Assembly (NCBI RefSeq): GCF_036321535.1
Contig: NC_087436.1
Span: forward strand, 107,944,001 to 108,008,000
Direction: 5' to 3'
Length of the DNA: 64,000 nucleotides
Origin: Camelus dromedarius
Taxonomy: Eukaryota
Each line of letters starts with the position of its first letter. Within the stretch, counting starts at the first letter, position 1. A program made the position numbers and the translations under genes. A model generated the notes under the pieces. It saw only the letters and a list, made by a program, of their open reading frames with translations, did no database searches and was not told where the DNA came from. Shown here piece after piece: positions 12,181-23,953 of the stretch.

Positions 12181-12944
12181 ATTTATTTGTTCAAAATGGC
12201 AGCATATAGAGCCCCAGATGGTCATTATATTGGGGAATTATTTACAAATAAATCATTTTTGTTCCCTTCTGAGTTTTCTAAAGGTAATGATCCAGATTTG
12301 GGGAACTGCTGGGCCGCTGACCGTGCCCCTGACTCTGACATGGTGCTGGGATGCCGTGGGATGGTTGGGAGCCCTGCCTGATATGGGCGGTCTCCTACCT
12401 CAGGAGCAGCCCCAGCTGCACTTTCCTCCCTGGCTCTGCTCCTCCCAAGGCTAAGGGACATTGTACTCAGAACCGAGTGGCTCTCTGAGTACAGTCTTCC
12501 TGCATCTGCTGTTTAACCAACACCCACTGTTGAAACGGAGTGTTATGTTGCACAGTGGCTTGGCCTCAAGAGCTGACCAGCATGCTATCAGCAAATGAAT
12601 GCACAGCATGCTTTATTTGTACTTTGGGGAAAAAAAATGTCTTTCATTGCTACGGGTCTTATTAAGATATTTCTTCCTACATCTCCCACAGATAGGCTAC
12701 ATCCTTTCATATCCTAAATAGCAAATGAAAGAGTGGCTCTCAGCTTGTACGTCTACAAAGAACAAGGCTTAGACTCTCACTCACCCCGTGTTTGAGTTCC
12801 TTCTATACTCCCAGCAAATGGTGATGTGAGCCATCCTTGAATATCTCTAACAGTTGAAATAGTTCATTCCTTCATAGCTTCTTCCAAACAAAGGAGTCTC
12901 CACTTAACCATTTGCTTGGGTACCCATACCTCCCGATTCATGCC

Positions 12945-13170
12945 ATCCATTGATCAGTCAGTTGGAAGGTTTTTAATCCGTCAGGTACTGAGCACTTGCT
13001 GTGTTCCAGGAATTTTATGAGCCATGGATGCAAAGACAAAAATACCTTGAGAAGATCCACACTCAGTTTTTGATAAACTTATAGTTAAAAAAAAAAAAGA
13101 TACAAAATGTAGACAGTCAGTGACACTGTAGAATGACAGTTGCTGTGATGGAAATATGTACAAAGCTAAT
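12945..13170 (-). mobile_element. L2 3' fragment
   Basis: 'tactgagcacttgctgtgttccagg...ggatgcaaaga'. Confidence 0.65.
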
Positions 13171-14134
13171 TAGGATCATTTGTCTGCCAGCGCAGTGGTC
13201 AGAAAAAAAGGACGTTCTTCGCTTTTAGGTAAAACAACACAAGATCAGTGGTTCATCACACATGGCTTTGTGTTTCTGGGGTGTTTAACAATTCCTACAT
13301 TAGTATACTTTCTCCATTCTAGTCTAATTCCCCTGTCGTTTACAAATGTTTTATAGTTTTGTCTCTTTAAAAGTCCTTACTTGTATTGAGCTTATTTGCC
13401 TTTTTTTGATGCTGATTTAGTGCTCTAAAAATGTTATTCTTTACACCTACATGGCACAGAAGATTAAAAAAAAAAGTCCATGATGAGTCTATTTTCATTT
13501 TATTTCAAGATTCTGAATAAGTGCATTAAATTTAAATGAATTTCAGGGAGGAACAAATCAAGTACTTAAACTTTTTGTCAAGCTGTTTGAATACTCATTT
13601 TTCCTTTCCCAGCGATGGGCAGGATCTCAGAAGCTCACATGTGTAGCATCTGGTTATTCCCGAAAAGTTCTTGAGACCCTTATTCAGGAAAACCTGTCAC
13701 TGATGAGGTTTCCCATTCCATTTTGCTCTCGAGTTCTCCAGACCTTTAAATAAAAGTTAAAGCTTCACAAAGTCCATGCTCATTCAAAGTCCCTCTGCTC
13801 TTTTTCTGCAGAAGGCAGGACTCAGCGATTTGAAAGCGACTGGTCTAGGCTGCCTCTTGGCACAATCTCCCAGCTTCTGTCCTAACACTGCCTGGTTTCC
13901 TACACTCTTGTGTTTCTTCCTCTGCCCACGGACTGTCCCCATATCCAGATTCCAAAAGCTCCCCTCTCCTCTTCGCCTTGAAATACACACATTCCATAAC
14001 TTCTAAATCTACCTCCAAAACATTAAAGACCAAGTAAGCATCAAAATATAAAATTTGCAGAAGTCTTCACATTTCTGTAAAACCATTCTTCTCACTGTTT
14101 TCTGCTTTTTGTTTCTTGAGTAGCTGTTCAACCC

Positions 14135-14270
14135 AGGTCTTCCAAATCTGAGTGCTTGTGACATGAGGCAAATTATTCTCTCTGAGCCTTGGTTTTTTTC
14201 ACATACAAAGGCGAGGCAGTATTACCCACTGAAATAAGCCAATGTTGTTTAAATACTTAGCACAGTGCTT
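14135..14270 (+). mobile_element. MIR fragment
   Basis: 'gtgacatgaggcaaattattctctctgagccttggttttt...cttagcacagtgc'. Confidence 0.7.
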
Positions 14271-15579
14271 CCCTTCTTATGCTCCTTGTCACTTGAGGTC
14301 CATCAATAATTTTAAAAAGAGAAGGTAACATCTCAGATATGTACTATGCACAGTTAATAGCCCTCACTATCATATGAACAAGGATACTTAATTATAAAGT
14401 AGTAGATACAATTTCTGCTTAAGAAATGTTAGTGTATTAGTAGATTCCAATCTGTGTCAGTGGGAATCAGCAGAAACCCTTTCAGAAAGTGTGCAAACAC
14501 GTGGAAAAGGCTTATTCCTTGCTGTATATATACCTCTGCATGTTCAGGGGATATGAATTTGTAACAAGTGAAGTGGCAGGCGCTGAGATCTAGATGAACA
14601 ACTGCTGTTGTTTGTTTTATATGAAACTACAGGAAAGTATTGAGCCAAATTTGGGACAAAGCAATTTAGTTCACGCAAAGGTTTTAAAGTTGAATGGTGA
14701 TGCTTTGGGGAAATTGTCACTAATACTGGGCTACCTGAAACTCAGCTAAAAACATGTTTAGAAAATTATAGGTATATAAATGAGCTTACATTTTTACTTC
14801 TGTTCAGGCAGCTTGCACAAACCCAGACATTGTGCTGCCTAACTCCATATATTACACAGTAATCTGATGATTTAATACTATTTCTCACACCAGAAGCATT
14901 AGATCAGGCCAGAAGCCCTTTCAAACCCCAGGATGGTGACCTAGTTATCATAGAGCATTTTCTTGAATGGATTTGAGATTAATGTTTTAGATCCTCATTA
15001 TTATCATCAGAAAACTTCCCACATAAGGAAGCAGGTATCCTTGGAAAAGGGAGAAGTAGGAATCCACTAGCTGATAAGGGATTTATCTTAATTTTTGGCC
15101 ACTTCTGGCTTACTTTGGTTTTTGGCGAATCCATTTAAGAAGTAAGAGGTTAAAGCTACAGAATCATCGTTAAGGTGCAAACATTGACAGCATCCCGGGA
15201 GGTGCACCATATTGCAAAGCTTAAGATTTTGGAGACAAATGCAGGTTGAGTTTGGATTCCAGCATGTCTATTTACTGGGTAAGGTAGGTGGTTGCCAGGT
15301 AGAATAATTACAAGAACTACTGCAAGATTGGGATAGATTTTTATATATACCCTCTAGTATGTTCTTATAGGCTTTGTTCTCCCCTCTTTTTTTCTTAGAA
15401 ATGGACAGCAAGATGACATTTTGTCCAGGAAATTTAAGTCCACTAGGGAACAATGGCTGAGGGACAGGTGTGACTAATCAACACCAAAAATGTTTGATGT
15501 CAGTAGGTTTTTAAGGTGAAGAAATAAAAGTAACTAGATGCTGACTTTGTCATTTTTAAATTAACTAGAGATACAGGCA

Positions 15580-16050
15580 TGCATGCATTGATGACAAGAG
15601 TGTAAATTTGGAAAACTGAAGCCCAATTCCTTAAAAATTCCATACCCTTTAGTAATTCTAATTCACTTACAGAGATAATTACATTTTCTCACAATGATTC
15701 ATAAACAAAGATTTCCATTAGGCTCTTTTTACATAATAGAAAAAAATATGTGGTGAAACATTTTGTGGTCATTAAACACAGTGATTTCAAAGAGTGCTTA
15801 ACAATACAAAACAATTTCTTAAGACTGTGTCTCTTAAAAAAAAGCAAGATAGTCAGCTATACATGAAGTATGATCCAAATTATGCCAAAAAAAGAATATA
15901 TGAATTATCAAAGGTAGGAAAATAAGCCTCAAATGGCAACACTGGTTGTCTTTGAATAATGGGGTTTTGGTGAGTTCTCTTTATTTTTATTCTTCTGTGT
16001 TTGCTAAAGCTTCTACAACGTGCATGGAGTAATTATATGTTCAGAAAAAC
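15580..16050 (+). mobile_element. Ancient L1ME 3' end
   Basis: 'gagtgtaaatttgg...ccatacccttt...aacactggttgtctttgaataatgggg...tctacaacgtgcatg'. Confidence 0.7.
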
Positions 16051-16472
16051 ATTTAAGGAACAAATGAGTCGATCCTTTGAATTGAAGGAAAGCAGTCACC
16101 AAGGCGAGTGCAGAAGGGCACAGGACTCTTCCGTCTTCAGCCAGGCTCACCTGCAGGCACAGGACATGCTGGTTGGATCAGCCTCTGATCCAAGAGCAGC
16201 ATCTCACAAGCCAATGGCATCTGCTGGGAGTGCCCACTGGGGGACACGGCACAGTAGGGCGGACAGACAGTTCTAACATAGGGATTCCTTGGCCTCAGCG
16301 TGATTCCTCTGGGCTTCTAATCTCAAGTTCAGCTATGCTTAGAATCTGTTGTGCGTCATGATTAAGAGCTCAGGTTTTCAGACATCTCCACTTCTTGAAG
16401 ATGTGCAATTTCTTAAAAAGGAGAGTTATAGCATGACGTAGGGTCATATTTTTATTTTGTAATACTAGATGC

Positions 16473-16501
16473 TGCCAAAAAAAGAATATATGAATTATCA
16501 A
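16473..16501 (+). repeat. Exact 29-bp copy of 15883-15911
   Basis: tgccaaaaaaagaatatatgaattatcaa occurs at both positions. Confidence 0.95.
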
Positions 16502-17584
16502 TACACTGGGGGAAAGACTACCATAAATACTCATGGTGATTTTATAAAAGAAAGGGCTCTGTCCCCAAATATAGGCAGCACGTTATAATCTGAGAATAAA
16601 AGACAATATTTTAATTGAATAAACATTACTTTATGAAAACCTCACTGTATTTTTCTTTTAGTTTTATTAAAGCTACATGAGTATCATGACGGACCAGCAT
16701 GAGTCGGGGCTTTGTCACCTAAGGGACCACTAATTAGTATTAGGCTCACTTCTCTGTCATCTCCCCACTGCATTCTAACGATTTTCACCAGCCCTTTCGT
16801 AGGAATGAGGACACCGAGGCCCGGGCGGTTTAGAAGGGATGTTAGGCTCGTCTGACCAGACTTTATTATATCATCTATGAGTTCTCTAGATGTTTGTGTT
16901 TGTGTTCATGTTGTCCAGAGTGAAAAGAAAATGAAGTAATTGACTTAAATATACCAATTACCTTAGGAGTGACCTCACTTGAAAATAGTGAGTTTGTTAA
17001 ATAAAAGTGTTGAAAGCTTTGCTCACTGTCATCTTGGGCGTTGCTTGGTTTAGTCAGGAGGGGACCAGGAACGTGAGTCTACAGGGAAGACATGCTTCTT
17101 AAGAGGGTGATGGTGATGAATGGAAAGATGCCAGCCAATGCTGGGAAATGGTACAGCTCAATCAGTTATAGGCAGAAGAGCCAATAGCTGTTTCGTACAC
17201 AGAGACCTTTGAGAAGAGACCACAATGACCTTCTAGACAAAGAGATAAGCTTCCTTGTACCTCATGTCCCCATATTTGAGGCTCTTACCTTTCTACTCTC
17301 AGAAAGTACCTCTGTACATTCCTGGCTCATCCTGATTGCTCTGAGGTCTGGCTCTTTGCCTGCAACCCCAGAAAATTCCTTAGTGTCTACTTGAAGGTTG
17401 AAGGACTTGGAGATAAATTTGTAGACCTTCCATCTCCTTTCTGGGCCAAGGGTTTACTGCCTAAGAGGCTTCTGTAAAAGGAGAAAGGCCAGAAGTAGAA
17501 CCAGGACTAGGGAACATCTGGCAACCTCGGAGGAGCTGGGGCATCTGCAGTGGGACTGCTAGTTTGTATTAAAAGTGCATTAAG

Positions 17585-17635
17585 ACAACATTGTAAAATG
17601 ATTATGAATCAATAAAAAAAAGTAAAAAAATAATG
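17585..17635 (+). mobile_element. Ultra-short (51 bp) L1 3' terminus
   Basis: 'acaacattgtaaaatgattatgaatcaataaaaaaaa'; perfect 13-bp TSD aaagtgcattaag (17572-17584 / 17636-17648) at a TT/AAAA site. Confidence 0.9.
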
Positions 17636-17851
17636 AAAGTGCATTAAGTACTTTAGGTCAGAATACACGGTGGTTAAGGAAGAGGTAGGCAGGAGGGCAG
17701 TCATTACCAGAGAACAAAAAAGAGGGGTAAGATAAATCAGGAAGCCCCCAAATTCTTGTTTGACGGTTGGACTTTAGTTCTGTTTGACACTGAGAAAAGA
17801 GGGAATTAGGAGAATAAACCTAAGACACAAAGCACTAAGTTGCTAAGGTAA

Positions 17852-18552
17852 TGTTAAAAGATAACCTGAAACAACACAGAAAACAAGCTTACGGTGACCC
17901 GGGGGAAGGGGGTGGGAAGGGATAATAACTGGGATTTCGAGATTTGTAGATACTGACTAATATATATAAAATTGAAAAACGAGTTTATACTGCATAGGAC
18001 AGGGAACTATATTTAATATCTTCTAATAGCTTATGGTGAAAAAGAATATGAAAATGAATATACATATATTCATGTATGACTGAAGCATTGTGCTGTACAC
18101 CAGAAGTTGACACAAAATATAAATTGACTATACCTTGAAAAAAATAAATTAAAAAAAACCCTGAAACATATTAAAATTTTAATAGTTTATCTGAACAAAA
18201 ATAACTTTGTATCAGTCAGCATCTAATCTAGCAGATAAATGGGGGCTCCAAGGAGCTGTACCAGTGAAAGACTTTTATAGGCAGAAGGGAGTAGGAACAA
18301 GGAAAGTACACTAGGCACAAAGTGGGCTGGTAGTTGCAAGGTCACACTCCTGTAAGGGATGGCAGGGGGTCTGTCAGGCAGATTACCCGACCAGTGCTCA
18401 TCAGATGATCAGATGATTCCTGATTTGTTTAAAATTCCATTTCTGGGAGAGCTGAACATTTGTTAAGTTTTGGTTTGGTGACGTGGGGCTTAGTCTAAGC
18501 AACTCCATTTGGGGCCTGTTGTCTTGCTTTTTTTTTTTTTTTTTTTTCACCA
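17852..18552 (-). mobile_element. Solo ERV1-type LTR (with nested L1)
   Basis: TG...CA ends, 4-bp TSD gtaa (17848-17851 / 18553-18556); minus strand starts '...aagacaacaggccccaaatggagt', typical of ERV1 LTR 5' ends. Confidence 0.8.
17874..18158 (+). mobile_element. Young 5'-truncated L1 3' end nested in LTR
   Basis: 'acagggaactatatttaatatctt...tgtgctgtacaccagaagttgacaca' plus A-tail; TSD core cctgaaaca (17865-17873 / 18160-18168). Confidence 0.9.
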
Positions 18553-18702
18553 GTAACCATCTGCTCCTATTAGGAAGTACCTTATGTATTCCCTTTATAT
18601 TGTTGATTCTTCCGAACGATTCTAGAATGACCCCAAATGATGGCTCTTGGCATTGTATCATGTTAAATGAGAGTAACTCAGTACCTGATTTTAATGGAGC
18701 TA

Positions 18703-18942
18703 CTTTTTTTTTTCAGTTTTTTAAAAAATTATTATTGAATTATAGTCAGTTACAATGTTAGTTTCTGGTGTATAGCATAGTGGTTCAGTTATGCATAAAT
18801 AGATATATATTATTTTTGTATTATTTTTCATTATAGCCATTACAAAGCATTGAATATAGTTCCCTGTGCTATACAGTAGGATCTTGTTATTTATCTACTT
18901 TATATATAATAGTATCTGCAAATTTCCCGAACTCCCAATTTT
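18703..18942 (-). mobile_element. 5'-truncated L1 3' end (cetartiodactyl type)
   Basis: 'ttgaattatagtcagttacaatgttagtttctggtgtatagc...gaatatagttccctgtgctatacagtagg'. Confidence 0.9.
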
Positions 18943-19535
18943 TTAATTTGCTGATTTTGATCTCAGTCAATGTGTTTTTACTGACATTTAATCTTTGTTG
19001 ATTCAAATCCAGGCAACTGAGTGGTATCTGTTTGAGACTGGCTGGCCACTAACAGATGGACTGATCTGCACATAGGCTGTTACATCACTACAAATTTGGG
19101 TGTGTGCTACTGTTAATAAACTAGATTCAAGCCTCTAGAAGGCAGAACATATTTGCTTTTATATGTATATCAAATAAGTGAATAGTCCTACCATTTTTTC
19201 CCTTTGATCTTTCGTTCACTGTTTATGATGAAATACACATTAGAAATTTTAAAAGAGGTTTCGTGCTGTCAGTCACTTAAAAATCCAGTACATTACTTTT
19301 TCAAAGACTTTCACGAAGCAGCCTGCTTGAAATCTGTTTTAACTTATTTTTTTAATAGCATTGTATTTTATTCTGTGAAGCAAGGATATATTTGGCTCTA
19401 AAATTAATTCCACCTGAACAATTCTTGTTTTTCTTTCCACTCGCGCTGGGAGAGAGGAAGGCTTTCCCTGATTCCCCTCTTTCTGGTTGCTGTATTTCAT
19501 CCTGTAATACTCTGCCTTCAGTGCTGCTTCCATGA

Positions 19536-19949
19536 CAAGGTTTCTTCACCCGGGGTCCACCAACAGAATTCAGAGATTCAGTACATTTAGATAGGAGAAT
19601 AAATTATATCTTAATTTTACTAGCTTCTGGCTAACTGAAATTAGCAAGTCCTTTAATTATGAGACTTAAGCCACAGAAGTTATGTGCAACTCATCACCAG
19701 TGGATACAGATATAATCATAATATCACATTGCAGTTGTTGCCAGTATGATTAAAACTTACAGTAGTTATTGGACACACTTCTACATATTGATAGTTAACA
19801 TTTTTATAATAAACTGTATCACTGTATCACAAAATTGTTCTTGAAAATACTTTGATAGCTTTCCCAATGTAATTTGTTCTCTTTATAATCCTGTGTATGT
19901 CCTTTTATTCATTTAAAAGCATTGTTGTAAGGAGGAGGTCCATAGGCTT
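19536..19949. mobile_element. MER113-type hAT-Charlie element
   Basis: 'ggtttcttcacccggggtccac...taactgaaattagca...atatcacattgcagttgttgc...catttaaaagcattg...ggtccataggctt'. Confidence 0.8.
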
Positions 19950-20704
19950 AAATTGGTTTTTCTGAAGTCTCCTTTGTCTATGTAAGCCATAGCTGGAATG
20001 TCCTTTACTTATCCTGAAATGCCCATAAATCAGCAAACTTGTATTTTCCTCCAAAATTCTACAATCTAGTATGTTTTCATATTGCATGTGAAGTAAAAGC
20101 ATTTTTAGTGCCAGTTAGAGAAATGAATCAGACATTAAATTAGCATTTACTGTAATGAAATCAGACCTGTGTAATTACCACAGTGCAATTACACTCATCT
20201 GAAAATTTGTTATGTTTCCCTTTTCAGCATCAAATAATCAAAGCTCTTATTCCACCAGGAATGATAAGATATTCTTTCTCCAAATGCTGAATACGGATGT
20301 TGATTTTGTATGACAAAAAGGCTTCTATGACTATTTAATTGATTAAAATATTTATTAAGTGCTTGCAGTATACTAGACACTGTGCAAATATATATTCACT
20401 TTTATTAGTCTATGAATGTGTAATACAACACACAGAGTCCTAAATGCAGCTTGCCCAAATCACCATAGAATATTTTAAGGGCAAAAAGCACTATGTGAGA
20501 AAACAGATGAAAAACAATAAAGCACAGAAATATGTAATTTTGCATATTTCATTGTCTGAGTTGAATTCCAGAGTTAATCAAATCTTGAGTCTCTGTTGGC
20601 TCTTGGCGATTCTGTACCTGATGAAGAGGCAGCTCCACTTGCAATGACTGGCTAACTGGAGCAGAAGTCTCCTACCCCCGCTGTGAGAGATGATGTCAAA
20701 TCTT

Positions 20705-20945
20705 GAGAAAGAGCCTGAACTCAGGTGTCAGATGGACCCAAGTCTGCATCTTGGCTCTTCTACTTCCTAGCCCTGGGTCCATGTTGAAATTACATCTGAG
20801 CTTCTGACTGCCTGTCTTGAAAATGAGAATAATAAAATATGACTTGCACAGTGGTTAATGGGAGTTAGGATAGTTACATGGAACATGTCTGCCACAGTTG
20901 TCAGGCACATACTGATCACTTAACAAATTTTAATTGTTATTTGTT
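20705..20945 (+). mobile_element. MIR
   Basis: 'ttggctcttctacttcctagc...aaaatgagaataataa...ggcacatactgatcacttaacaaat'. Confidence 0.8.
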
Positions 20946-21128
20946 GTCACAACTCTGCTCAAATATGTCCTTTTTCCAGCAATGAGTTTAAGAATTATGT
21001 CAAATCCTAAACTCGTTTACCTCTTACCATGCCCCAGAGGACATGGCACACTCCTTGTCTCAGGGAAATACAATTAAGTTAGAAATTATATTCACATGAT
21101 TTTATAGACATATAGTTATACATATATA

Positions 21129-21508
21129 CAGTCGGCCTTCAGAAGCTGTAGGCTCTGTATCTGAGAAGTCAACCAACTACAGATTGAGAATATATAAAAA
21201 AAAATTCCAGGAAGTTCCAAAAAGCAAAACTTGAATTTGCCATGCACAAGTAACTATTTACATAGCATCTACATTGTTTTTACAGCTATTTACATGACAT
21301 TTACATTTATAACTATTTACATAGCATTTACATTGTATTAGATATTGTAAGTAATCCAGAGGTGATTTAAAGCATATGGGAGGTTGTAGGTTATATGCAA
21401 ATACTGCACCATTTTATATAAGAGACTTGAGCATTTCTTGGATTTTGGTATCTGAGGGGTTCCTGAAAGCAATGAAAGCTATCCCCCAGGGGTACCAAAG
21501 GATGACTG
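21129..21508 (-). mobile_element. MER2/Tigger2-type MITE, full length
   Basis: TA|cagtc...gactg|TA terminal inverted repeats; 'gtaggttatatgcaaatactgcaccattttatataagagacttgagcat'. Confidence 0.9.
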
Positions 21509-21644
21509 TACATTAGAAATTACATATCTATGTAGATAATTCTAAATCCAGTATATATGTATGGATATTAGAATCAAATGGAAAATACCAAAAGGCAGTA
21601 AGAACAAATGCTACATGTTATGGTATATATTTATATCAAATATA

Positions 21645-22055
21645 ATCCTGGCACAAAACAGGGAAGACTTTAATGAAAGCACAACTTACAAATATGTAGG
21701 TAAGGTTAAGGGAACCAGCACAGAATGGTGCTGCACTAGAGGGTTAACAAGCGTGGGGAGCCACTACTATGCCGTGAATGGGGAAGGCAGGAAACCTTCC
21801 CAGCACCCGGAGAGAGCTGTGGCCATGACTGTAGCACAGCGCCTCCTGTTGGGAGTTTACAGCCTTGTCTAGGGGAGCACAGCCACTCTCCACCACTCTG
21901 TGGGAGGGAGCCCGGGGACATGTATCGTAATCTCATCTCTGTCTTCACCAAACCTAAAAACCAACCGAAAGCCAGAGCGCTGAGGAACACAAGTACAGGC
22001 AGCCTCATGGGGCAGGATGGAGGGTGGGTCTGAAGTGTCCAACAGAAATTAGCAA
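21645..22055 (-). mobile_element. LTR33-like ERVL solo LTR (degraded)
   Basis: 'aggttaagggaaccagcac...ggggagccactact...ccaaccgaaagccagag...gcagcctcatggggca'. Confidence 0.65.
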
Positions 22056-23953
22056 AATACTCTAAAAAGCATTTAGAAATTCAGAGGAGGGCACCATAAA
22101 TTTAAAATAGTCACAGGACCCTTCCCTGACCATGAAAGCCAGTTCCTATGTATAAGTCCTGCTTTAGACACGTGTGCGTACATTTGAATGTAAGTGTGAC
22201 ATAACCATTCAGCTGTAACAATTCTGCCAAATGATATGTGGTCAGACCTCCCACCCCGCCATCAGATGACCATGGGGTTCCTTTTTGAGGCTGTGCCATC
22301 AGTCATGGTGAATATGATATAGCTCCACAAAAGCCCTGGATTTTTGCCTTGCAAGTCTCTGGGAAATGTAGAGAGAACTTAGCAAGGAAATTACCTTGGG
22401 TGGACAGAGTGAACCAGTGCATGGGAGGTAGACATTTCAACTAACCCGAAAATAGGTCTCAGCCTTGTTTTTCTCCCTGTTCTTAAATAGCCAAGTAATC
22501 TGTTCAAAGATACATGCTCTCTGTGGTCCTGCAGCCCGCTGAATCTTTCACTCAGCTGCCGTCGATGACTCGTGCAAGACCTATTCATTTGAAACTTTCT
22601 ATTGATCTGTTTACTGAATGCAATTCAGGGCTTACTTTTGTGATAGGGATGCTTTCAACAAGGGATTCCTTTGGGTCTCAATTATAATTTTGTTGTGGTA
22701 GGTAGGGCTGTTTGTATGTTCAAAAAATTGTCCCCAATGCTTGGTCTTATCATTTTGTGCAATAGAAAACTCAGACTTTCAGCAGTCATTCCGCGAATCA
22801 CTCATTCAGTCCACATTTCCCCAGTGACCGTCTTGTGCCAGGCGGTAACTGTGGTAGTTATTAAAGATGCATTAGCTAGCTCTTAGAGGGCAAATCTCCT
22901 TCATGTCTTTTAATTGTAATGGGCTGATAATCCTGTCTTTGTATTGTTCTCTCCAGGTCACCTCTCCAGCCTAGCTTGGGAACTCTCAGCAGAAGAGAGT
23001 TGTGTCTTTGATGAGCACTGTCTGTGGCAGGCGTGCACACAAGAAGTAGCGCTGTAGCTCGCCTGGTTGGCCATTGCAACTGTCAGGTGTAGTACCACTT
23101 CTTCTCAATGAGAAGAAACATTTGTAGTAACAGACCAGTTCAAGAACATACTACCTTGCACCCAGAAGGCTCCCAAAATCTTTGTTGAATAAATTCATTT
23201 AAGGGTTTAAACACTCGAAGGAATTAGCCTTTTTGGATAATGCCATGGTTCTCCTTTTCTCTCTTCTTCCTACCTTTGTCATATTTTTAAAAGTGACAGT
23301 GAAAAATTTGCATATAAATTGGTGAATACCTTTCTGTGGTTCATACTTCTAAGATTTTCACTAATGGTTTCTGTGAATCCATGTATGGATGGTGAGGCTA
23401 ATGGAGCATATCTTAAATCATGAGTAACTGAGTTTTAAGCTCCAGAACCCTTCCAAGTGGAATCTGAGAGGCAATTGTACATTGAAGAATAAGGTTACAT
23501 TTCCTATGACAGTTACATGGATGTTGTCTACTGGTGTCATAGAAAAAGTAGATGATACATTTGTCCCTTAGAAATAGTCAAGCTTTACAACTCAGAACAG
23601 TTAACAGTTCTTGAAAGATGTTTCTCAGTACCGTATCTTTCCAGTAGCACCTGTCTTGGTGAAATGAATTAAATCATTAGGTGTTAACAGTTGTACTCAT
23701 GTCCTGAGAGACAAAGATGGAAATAGTGGATGAATCACAGTCATGGAATCCATTTTCTGTTCTTTCTTAAGGTAACTCTACCAAATGTTTCCTAGATTAT
23801 TTTTTTTCTCTCTCTCTTGCTCCCTTTTTCCCTCCCTCCCTTCCATCTACAAGTGTTCTAAGGCATGAAAACCTCTCATTTCTGTACCACTAGCCTTTGC
23901 TTCACTCCTCTATACCTTTACCTGGAATGACGCAAGAGTGTCTTCACACCTCC

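Noticed and set aside
12027..12461. Overlapping 60-122 aa ORFs
   Set aside because: The plus-strand ORFs are stop-free mainly because of the CT microsatellite; none has a recognisable product.
15883..16501. 29-bp direct repeats as a TSD or CRISPR-like repeat
   Set aside because: Only two copies 590 bp apart, and the host L1ME continues after the first copy; no array or cas genes, and the DNA is mammalian.
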